Assembly (NCBI GenBank): GCA_951406725.2
Contig: OX597821.1
Location: 78,058,001-78,122,000, forward strand
DNA: 64,000 bases
DNA from: Octopus vulgaris
Taxonomy: Eukaryota
Reading direction: 5' to 3'
Shown here: piece by piece, positions 54,306 through 64,000 of the stretch
Numbering within the stretch: the stretch's first letter is position 1
Layout: every line of letters begins with the position of its first letter
Made by a program: the position numbers and the translations under genes
The notes under the pieces: generated by a model
Database searches by the model: none
What the model was told of the DNA's origin: nothing
What the model saw: only the letters and a program-made list of their open reading frames with translations

Positions 54306-54380
54306 CTGCAGCAAGGAAAAGAACTGCCGTTTGTTTCCCGGCAAGGGGACATCAACGGGTATATTTTAGTCTTGTTGGTC
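54306..54380 (-). CDS. Probable 75-nt exon of the PAN-domain gene
   Basis: tttag|G...CAG|gtgaa. Only the phase 2-2 frame is open: TNKTKIYPLMSPCRETNGSSFPCC. Confidence 0.4.
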
Positions 54381-55472
54381 CTAAACGAAGTTATATGGGT
54401 TTAACAAAATAAGGAAATATCTTCAGTAGATACCAAATCATTCTACATATGGTGGTAATCTATTGCAGACCACCAAAATCCCAGTTACATAACCGAATGA
54501 AATAGTAAAGTAGACACGTAGACAATGTATTCTACGTTCGATTTGCCCTGATATTTTGTTTGTCCTCCCCGTGTTTAGCCCCTTGTGAGTAGTAAAGAAA
54601 TAGGTATTTCGTCCGTCTTTACGTTCTGAGTTCAAATTTGGCCGTGGTTGACTTTGCCTTTCCTCCTTTCGGGGTCGATGAATTAAGTACCAGTTGCATA
54701 CTGTGGTTGATCTAATCGAGTTGCCCCCAATCCCCCAAAATTTGGGGCCTTGTGCCTAGAGTAGAAAGGAATATTTTCTGATTCACTACAAAATGGACAA
54801 ATGAATGAACGAAGAATGAAGAAATCAACCAATCAACTGATTTACTGAGCAGACAAACGAAGTGGAAAAGAAGACAGATGCAACCTAAGTTTGATACGCG
54901 ACCAGAATATTTCTTGATTGATTCATGCTTTTGTTTGATAAGACGAGGGTCATCTCAGGTCAGTGGTTCTAGAGATGTCATCATGCGGAGAGCCGGCTTG
55001 GTTCACCAGTGTTCTCCATCGCTGGCGGTTCGAGCCAGGTACTTTGCATCCTCGAAGGCGACGTCAAGCCTCTCGCGATCTTGCTTTATCATGTCCAGCC
55101 ATCTGGTGCAGGGCCTGTCACAAGGGCTTAATCACGCCCAGCCATCTGGTGCTTCTTCCAGCCACAAGGCCCCTTGGATCCCGCAGCTGCTGCGTTGAAT
55201 GAAAGTAACTCCCTGGTCGGATGATTTAGCGGGAGATGGCCAGCGTGTCCGTACCGGTGCATGCGACGGATAGCTATGAGGTGGTAAGCTGTGGGCTAAT
55301 GCATACGCTCCCGCTACGAGAATACTGGTTAGTATATCTACACGTAGCAGGTAGATACACTACCATTGTATCTACAAATGGTAGTGTATTTACCTTGTAC
55401 TGCATAAGGCATAACACCTGAAATGAAATATAATGGAAATAATTTAATTTCAAGAAAGTGTTATTTACATAC

Positions 55473-55812
55473 CGTCAGTGTCTATTTTAAAATACAGGGT
55501 ACACGAGCAAATCTTAGGTCCCATCATAATCTTTCCCTTGTCCTTTTCATATAGCATACATTCGTCATCGCAATACCTAAAGGCGGTATATTTGCTTCGC
55601 AAACAATATGAGGCACATTCAATTATGGATGCCGCCGATTTTACTACTTTCGTTTGTAAATCCGGCAAGCAGTTTGGTTCGGATAGTTTTTCAAAGTAAC
55701 TTTGGGCTACAAAATCCTGTGGGTTTCCACTTGCCAAATTCACAAAACAGATAAGGCCCAAAGCCAGCAACACTTTAAGAAGATTTAAATGATATTCATT
55801 TGATATTTCCAT
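55473..55812 (-). CDS. First coding exon: signal peptide plus PAN/apple-like domain
   Basis: tttacag|ATG. Hydrophobic leader LLKVLLALGLICFVNLASG, then SIIECASYCLRS..TAFRY..DECMLY (PAN Cx3C..AF.Y..C.L pattern). Donor G|gtatgt. A candidate 24-nt microexon lies at 55394-55417. Confidence 0.75.
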
Positions 55813-56455
55813 CTGTAAAAGAAATAATATATATATATATAATATATATATACACATACAATTATATAGAGGCATATAAACACATATACACAATCATGTA
55901 GTTACATAGATAGATATATAAACAGATACATTGGCAGATAAGCAGTTAATAATCATAAATAAATCCAGTAAGATTATGGAACAAGGAAGAGACAAGCAAG
56001 CAAATAATGCATAAAGTCAGACGAATAAAACACATGGTGGAAATATGAAATGAAAGAAAACAATGTAAGAGAGTGGACAATGAAAATAAATGCGTGAATG
56101 ACCCATGCCCTCGAAAATCCAATGCTTTGGGTATACATATTATCAAAGAGAAGGAAAAGAAATGAGAGAAACAAGAAATACCGGAATATAATAAGTAGAA
56201 GTGAGACCGTGTTTTCGACGCTCATTTATCTAGCAGTAAATGTGTGTGGATGTGTATGATTGTGGTTGGGTGGGTGACTCACACACACATACACACACAT
56301 TTTGTTGTGTCTAGAGAGAGTCATTAGGACAATAGTATTAACATACGCATTATGTAAATAATATTGGCATAAACTCTCCCTACACACAACAAAATATACT
56401 TGAACACACAAATTTATCTGAAGAATCTTGCAGACCAGAGACAAAAACGAAGTAT

Positions 56456-56548
<93 letters not shown>

Positions 56549-56876
56549 TACACACACACACATTCATATTCATTGATGGATTTTAAATAGGAATGGCGCT
56601 CTGTGTTCCATCTCGGAAATTTACTAAGTTGACAGTTATAAAATTTTTTAAATCAACAACTTTTAAAAATCAAACTAATCGAATTCCTGTTCTATATTTA
56701 AGAGATGAGGAATTATGTACATTATTTACATTATTTACATTCGATAGATATTTGTCGTCATCTTGTTTGTTGTTAGCACAACGTTCAGCTGATATACCCT
56801 ACAGCCTTCTTGAGGTGTCTTTGGGAGACTTCGAACCTGGTTTCTCATTCCTAAGGTACATTTTTGTATTTTTCGA

Positions 56877-56946
<70 letters not shown>

Positions 56947-56949
<3 letters not shown>

Positions 56950-59294
56950 TAGTTTTATTTTTATAGCGTGCTTTCACTTCATTACCGAGCGCAGCTCTGT
57001 GTGCCTTGGGTATGTGCTGTGATTTGTTGTGATGCTCTGATGGTTATTGTATGGAAAGTGTTCTGCGTATGATGTGTGCAGTGCCTAGTAGTGCAATTTT
57101 CTGTATGTTATATGTGTTTGTAAGTCCTGGTGTTTTTGTTATGTATTTGTCTGAATATTTTTTTATCATGCCTAATGCACCTACCATGATAGGAATTGTC
57201 TCTGTTTTCAGATTCCACATTCTAGTTACCTCTATTTCCAGGTCTTTGTATTTTGAGAGTTTCTCCATTTCTTTTAAAGACACGTTGTCATCTGCCGGTA
57301 TTGATACATCAATTAGAAAGCATTTTTTTTCTTCATGATCTCTGACAACTATATCTGGTCTGTTGGCCTTAATTTCTCTATCTGTGTGTATCGGCATATC
57401 CCAGAGTATGGTTGCTTTCTCGTTTTCTGTGACCTTTTCTGGTGTGTGCCTATACCATCTTTTTTCTGTTGTTATTCCATAATGTTGACATAGCTTCCAA
57501 TGTATGTAGGTTCCAACTCTGTCATGTCTGCGAATATATTCCTTCTTAGCCAGGACTGGGCAGCTAGAGATAATATGATTTATTGTTTCTTGTCCATCTC
57601 CACATATTCTGCAGTTACTTGTAATATTTCTTTTCATTACATGTTTTTGGTAATTTCTGTTGGGGAGGCTTTGGTCTTGTGCTGCAATTAAAAATCCCTC
57701 TGTTTCTGCTTTGAGTCCTGAGCTTCTCAACCATTGCTGGGATTTTTCTTTGTCTATTTCTTTTGCGTTTAGTTTAGTGCAGTATTTACCATGAAGGGGC
57801 TTTTCTTGCCATCGTTTTATCATGGTTCGTTGCTGTTCTATTTTTAGTTTGGATTTCATTTGTTTTATAGCTTTTGTTGTTTCTTTATCTTCTTCTTCTT
57901 CTTCTTCTTCTTCTTCTTCTTCTTCTTCTTCTTCTTCTTCTTCTTCTTCTTCTTCTTCTTCTTCTTCTTCTTCTTCTTCTTCATGTTTATTAGGTGGTAT
58001 GATTTCTTGTTTGTATTTGTCAGCTTCCTTAAATACTGAGAACAGTTTTTTGTTTTGCTCGTGTTTTGCCGCTATCTGGATCAGTTTTCCTTCCTTCTGA
58101 AGTAGATATTTTTGCAGTCCTATGGTGGTTATTTTATAGTAGTTTTCCAGCTGTATAAGGCCTCTACCACCTTCTATACGTTGTATATATAGTCTTTCTA
58201 TGTCAGATTTTGGGTGATGCATCCTAGATCCTGTCATTATTTTTCTTGTTTTCCTATCTATTTTGGACAGTTCATTTCGTGTCCAGTTAAGGATATTGTA
58301 GCTGTAACTTATAACTGGGACAGCTAAAGTGTTGATACCTATTATCTTGTTTTTAGCATTGAGCTCTGTTTTTAGTATTGATCTAACTCGTCTATAATAT
58401 CCTTTTTTTATTTTCTCTTTCATTTGTGTGTGTTGTGTCTTATCTAGTTCATGGATTCCTAAGTATTTGTAAGTTTGGCTTTGGTCTAATTCTTTTATTT
58501 CATTGGTTTTATCTAGTGTGATGTTGCTACTCTTAACTAGTTTTCCTCTTTTCAGGGTTACTTTGGCGCATTTTTCTAATCCAAATTTCATATCTATTTC
58601 TTTGGTAAATCCATGAACTGTCTTTAATAGTGTTTCCAGCTGTTTGTCATTTGCAGCGTATAGTTTTAAGTCATCCATATATAGAAGGTGGCTGATCGTT
58701 TTGCCGTAACATTTATATCCGCATCCAGTTCTATTTAGCATATCAGATAGAGGTGACAGTGCCAAGCAGAAAAGGAGTGGAGAGAGCGTGTTTCCCTGGA
58801 ATATTCCTCTTCTAGTGGGGATGTCTTTGGTTTTCATGAGTCCCTCTTTTGTTTGGAGGTGTAGGACTGTTTGCCATTTATTCATAGAGTGCTCTATGAA
58901 TTTTATGATTGTTGGTGCTACTTTGTTAATGGCTAGTGTTTCGAGGATCCATGTGTGGGGGATGCTATCAAACGCCTTTTTGTAGTCAATACAGGCCATA
59001 CTGAGGCCTTTCTTCTTTCTGTGGCTGTCTTCAGTTATGGCTTTATTAATCATTAGTTGATCTTTACAGCCATATGAGCCTTTGCGGCATCCTTTCTGCT
59101 CTTCTGGGAACAGTTTGTTTTCGTCCAGCCTTTGCGATATCACTGCAGTAAATGCCTTGAACATAGTAGGGAGGCAGGTTATTGGTCTCTAGTTTTCTGG
59201 TTTTGCTGTTTCATTTGATTTGGGAATTAAGATGGTTTTCCCCTTCGTGAGCCATTCAGGCATTGTCTCTGGCTCTGCTAGTATGGTGTTAAAG

Positions 59295-59298
<4 letters not shown>
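56947..59298 (-). mobile_element. Dong/R4 retrotransposon, 5'-truncated, open 706-aa frame
   Basis: RT (YMDD), CRICGDGQETINHIISSC, RHD, RPD..D and K..KY restriction-like endonuclease. (AAT)n on both sides. Confidence 0.95.
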
Positions 59299-59383
<85 letters not shown>

Positions 59384-59384
<1 letters not shown>

Positions 59385-59722
59385 GTAGTTTTATTTTTAT
59401 AGCGTGCTTTCACTTCACTACCGAGCGCAGCTCTGTGTGCCTTGGGTATGTGCTGTGATTTGTTGTGATGCTCTGATGGTTATTGTATGGAAAGTGTTCT
59501 GCGTATGATGTGTGCAGTGCCTAGTAGTGCAATTTTCTGTATGTTATATGTGTTTGTAAGTCCTGGTGTTTTTGTTATGTATTTGTCTGAATATTTTTTT
59601 ATCATGCCTAATGCACCTACTATGATAGGAATTGTTTCTGTTTTCAGGTTCCACTTCTAGTTACCTCTATTTCCAGGTCTTTGTATTTTGAGAGTTTCTC
59701 CATTTCTTTTAGAGACACGTTG
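59384..59722 (-). mobile_element. Short 3' fragment of Dong/R4
   Basis: Near-identical to 56947-57285, with (AAT)n on both sides. Confidence 0.92.
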
Positions 59723-59837
<115 letters not shown>

Positions 59838-59959
59838 TGTTGTTGTCGTTTTTGTTGTTGAGGACAAATATCAAGAATATTGTTAAGGACAAGATGAGGA
59901 TAAATATCCGTTGAATGTAAATAATGTAAATAATGTAAACTACTACGCCATATGCCCAC

Positions 59960-60033
59960 GGGTATATGGCGTAGTGGTTAAGAGCGCGGGCTACTAACCC
60001 AAATATTCCGCGTTCGATTCCAAGCAGTGACTT
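59960..60033 (+). promoter_or_regulatory. tRNA-like Pol III promoter head
   Basis: Box A TGGCGTAGTGG, anticodon-like arm GGG CTACTAA CCC, and box B GTTCGATTCC at 60012-60021. Confidence 0.75.
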
Positions 60034-60190
60034 GAACAACAACAACAACAACAATAATAATAATAATAATAATAATAATAATCATAATAATAATAATAGT
60101 AATAATAATAATAATACTACTAATAATAATAACATCGAAAAATACAAAAAATTCCCTAGGAATGAGAACCCAGGTTCCAAATTTCCCCAA

Positions 60191-60236
60191 GACACCTGAA
60201 GAAGGCTGGAGGGTATATCAGTTGAAACGTTGTGTT
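60191..60236 (+). ncRNA. Minimal hammerhead ribozyme, intact core
   Basis: GACAC CUGAAGA A GGCUGG..UCAGUU GAAAC GUU GUGUU. Confidence 0.75.
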
Positions 60237-61489
60237 AACAAACAAGATGAGGACAAATATCTGTCGAATGTAAATAATGTAAATAATGTAAATAATCGAA
60301 TTCCTGTCATTCTGAGTTTGTTCACTCTCATGGCCATTCACATTACGTGATGATCCATTAACACTATCAATTCTGATTCTGCTGGATGACGTTACTATTT
60401 CAAGTTTATGTAAAATGTGTACTCCAACTATATCCAAAATTTCTGCTTCGTCGCAGCTATTCTTGCCGCCAATAAAATGTGCACATATATAGAAATCTAT
60501 AGAGTGGAATTTAAGTCTGTTGGTTCAACCAGCATTCAGATTACACTGAATTTCAGTTAATAAGAGTTGATTAGAATTTAATCCTACTCTCAGTATTCTG
60601 ACTACCCCTACCCACAACAAACGTTATACTTGGTTTAAAATAATAACCTTAATTTTATACATACATACACGCATATACACGTAAACACATACAATATAAA
60701 TACGCACGTAAACAGAATAAAAATTCATTGAACAAATTATAAACATTAAGCTGAACAACGGCGAAAATTGTTCTTGGCCAGTAAAATATGATATTCCTTC
60801 CACTGCAAAACTAAAATTTATGCAGGAAACTTTTTTATGCGAAAACTATTTTCGATACGAAATCATTTAAGTATTATAAAGTTTGCTCTCTCTTTTTTGT
60901 GTTGCGCATGTAAGATAGACCTTGGGAAAACAATAATATTTTTACAGTAAAACTTTTATATGAGAACAGTTGTAATCTGATAAAAAACATAGAAATAAGA
61001 ATTATTTTTTCATTGAGAAGTAATCGTTATCGTCACTGACACATAACTGTTCCGTAGGAGCCAACGTTTCTGCCATTTTAACCACATATATTGTAAGCTG
61101 GGGAGTGAATACCTATCATCTCCCAGCCACAGGGCCACCAGACTTACGATTTCGACCAATTTGTGGTCATCCTCAGTGGTGGATACTCGTCCGCTAGAGA
61201 CAGCAGTAGTTCACTCCAGATCGCAATATACAGAGAACAGGTGGCAACCAGTCGCTGATCTTGCAACAAGCAAAGTAGCGAGTTAGAAAATCTCGATAAG
61301 AGATGAAAGCAGTGACTACAGTGAGAAGTAATATTTGTCACCACTTAGACATGGCTGTTCCGTAGGAACCGACGTTGCTACCATTTTTAATTTCATACAA
61401 TTGGCACAATGCCTGAAATTTGGCGGTGGGCATAGTCGATTAAATCAACCCCACTACTCAGTTGGTAATTATTTTATCACCATCGGCAC

Positions 61490-61660
61490 GCTGACAAAGA
61501 TTTTGAGAGTCTTCAACGCGATGTTCCTTCTGCTCAGTAGTCTCTCAAAATCTCTGTCAGCGTGCCGCTGACAAAGATTTTGAGAGTCTTCAACGCGATG
61601 TTCCTTCTGCTCAGTGGTCAGCAGGCGGGGGACAAACTTGGAAGAGACACGCCGCATGTC
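61490..61660 (-). mobile_element. Mariner fragment with a tandem duplication of about 50 bp
   Basis: MRRVSSKFVPRLLTTEQKEHRVE; 61490-61538 is repeated at 61566-61614. Confidence 0.7.
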
Positions 61661-61975
61661 AGTCTAGATAAGCTTGGATTTTCAGAGAAAGAAATCAACC
61701 AAGTTAACTGCACATTACAAATACAATCTGTTAAGTGCAAAAGTATGCAAGACTTCTCTCATGTTTGAAATGTGACATTGTTTTGTTATCTACATTCCAC
61801 CGATGGAGATTTGAATTTGTTATTTCTGTATTTTTTTTGTATTTTGATTATAATTGTATCTTGTCTGTCACTGTATCTATGGGTTTAGCATTTTGTCTGT
61901 AAGCTACAGAAAATCACACAACAACTTGGGTATGCATTCTCACACGTAGGATCTATCGAAGGACTTTTTTAAAAC

Positions 61976-62083
61976 AATCACCTGAAGAGGCACATTCTAC
62001 ACCTTGGATGCATGATAATGATTACACTACATCTCATCCATGTACTATGGGTGTAAAAATGTGTCGAAACAATTGTAATGATT
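61976..62083 (+). ncRNA. Hammerhead ribozyme, intact core, long stem II
   Basis: AAUCAC CUGAAGA GGCACAUU...AAUGUGUC GAAACAAUUGUA AUGAUU, with palindromic stem III ACAAUUGU. Confidence 0.75.
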
Positions 62084-63049
62084 TTTAAAGATAAAGAATG
62101 CCGCTTATTCCATTCGCTATCCTTTATTTATTTCTATAAACTCTACAGATATTAGGAATGCCTGATGTATATCCCATAGCAGGATCATTTCCACTGTATG
62201 ATGAGATCAGGCAGCTAATAAATATAGTCGGGCTTGGCATAGTGTTCTACAAAGTTCTTACTCGAATCTGATGTATGTATGCATAAATTTTGTTGAGGTG
62301 TGCAAGTCTTTATATTGATAAAAGAAGGCGGTGAACTAGCAGAAAAGTTGGCACCGCTGGACAAAATGTTTAGCGGCAGTTTGTCCGCCTAAACGTCTGA
62401 GTTCAAATGCTGCTTGGGTCAACTATACCTTTCATTCTTTTATTCACTGGGGTCGATGTAATCGACGTGATCTCTCTTCAAAAACTGCTGGCCTTCTGCC
62501 AACATTTGAAACCAATATTATCAAGAGCACTCAGAAAGCGAAAAACCCCTCCAAAGTAACACTTAATTCCTCTCAAAACCGGAGATGATTTTTGTGATGA
62601 GAATATCTGAAATAAACTCGATTGCTCTCACAAGCGAGAATACTAAAAATGAACCCGACAGCTCTCCAAAATAAAGTAACAAACAATCCTTGTCCGGTAC
62701 CGGATCGATCCTTAAATCTAATCAGTTCGTGTCAGTCACGAGACCAAAGATCCTTGAAAGTTTCATTCGAATCCATCCAACGGTTTTTGCGATATCTTGT
62801 CCACGGGCAAACAAATACGACTGAAAACAATACCTCCGCCAAAGCGAAGGTGTATGTAATAAAAGAAAGTAGTCAGAATTTAGAAGAATATCATTTATTG
62901 AACGCTTTCGTTCCTTTCAAGAATTCTTTATGAATGTTGGACTGTGGAAAATTTTATATATTTTTGAGTTCGTTGAAAAAAGTCAACAATCCAATGAGTT
63001 CTCTTCGGTTTTGGAAAAACAATATTTATATGGACCAATACTTCAAGTC

Positions 63050-63765
63050 CATACCCCCACCAGTTCACCTCCGTAGTTCTTGATATTTCTATTATCTAAG
63101 TGTCCTCCTCTGTGTTGAAGAGAATAGCTGCCACCAGCAACACCTCATCAATTTCTGGGGGAACTTTACCTATTCTTACCCTGGCCGAACGTTTGCCACA
63201 AGAGGTCGGTATCAGCGCCCACTCTGCTGATCTCAAAGGCACAGTGGTGTATTTCTTCGCTCCTTCTTCATTCACAAAGCGTACCTCCACTGTGCCGTAT
63301 TTCCTTTCTCTGGTATAGTACGTGACTACGTTCTTAATTTCTCCGAGGCACTCCTCGACCGCTGCTATTTCCACCTTTTGTGATGCAATTTTTCAATGTT
63401 ACTTTTTCCGATCTTTCTGTTACTTCTTTCGGAGTGGGGGCGTCAACCTCAGGCTATCTCCCTCCTTTCTTAATAAATCATTGTATTTTTTGTAGTTTTC
63501 CTCTTTCTATTTTATTTCTTTAACTTGAAGTCCCTCCGCTGACAGGCTTTTGCCAGTCACCGCATCATAACTGCCCGCTTGCACTGCTGGTGTACTTTCC
63601 ATATTATTCACAACGTCACCCATAAATGGCGAAGAAAATTAAAAAAACGGTAACAAGTTCAACAAGTAAGAACAATCCAACAATTCAATAATTAACAGTT
63701 AAACAAAAACGGAACTCAGAAGGAGCGTATACACGTTCAACTCACTAACTCAAACAAAACACTAA
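63050..63765 (-). mobile_element. Probable LINE (Tx1-like) 5' end and ORF1 remnant
   Basis: Frameshifted ORF MGDVVNNMESTP..SYDAVTG, then ..GTVEVRFVNEEGAKKY..RVRIGKVPPEIDE (RRM-like ORF1 pattern). Confidence 0.5.
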
Positions 63766-64000
63766 CGACAGCGGGCTAACGAGTCTGCCAGCTCACCGCC
63801 TTGAGAACATTAATAATGTCGAATGATTATTTGGTCTGATTCATTTGGAAAAGGAATAATTTGAATAATTTCTCATATTTTTATAAATATATTTAGCCAT
63901 TTATTTTGGGTAAGAATTTTAAATGAAAAATGTATTTCCATTTCTTTCCGATATCTGATATTTGCACATATTTCTTTAGCTTTGATCAGTGGAATCTCAA

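Noticed and set aside
54306-54380. In-frame TGA (selenocysteine) if this exon is read in phase 1
   Set aside because: The phase 2 frame is open and joins the next exon, and no SECIS was identified.

Overview
Repeat-dense, AT-rich animal genomic DNA. The SINE families, microsatellite load and gene homologies point to an octopus or other coleoid cephalopod (inference). It holds two host genes facing tail-to-tail: the last four coding exons of a clear Keap1 orthologue (+, 106-5450), and a multi-exon minus-strand gene for a secreted PAN/apple-domain protein starting at 55812, whose 3' exons are only partly resolved. The rest is mostly mobile DNA: three Dong/R4 elements in (TAA)n tracts, a young 5'-inverted RTE element, CR1 and Tx1 remnants, mariners and MITEs, a 1.3-kb foldback element, Helentron-type elements, three tRNA-SINE families and a 5S rRNA pseudogene. 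The most notable signal is about fifteen minimal type I hammerhead ribozyme (HHR) motifs from roughly nine unrelated families associated with Penelope-like elements (PLEs). One family is a tRNA-headed (Pol III box A/B) hammerhead module that forms the 3' end of a Penelope RT/GIY-YIG remnant and also spreads alone as inverted pairs. Two families have non-canonical catalytic cores, and the intact ribozymes appear to lie antisense to the host genes. All calls are by eye, without database searches or folding software.
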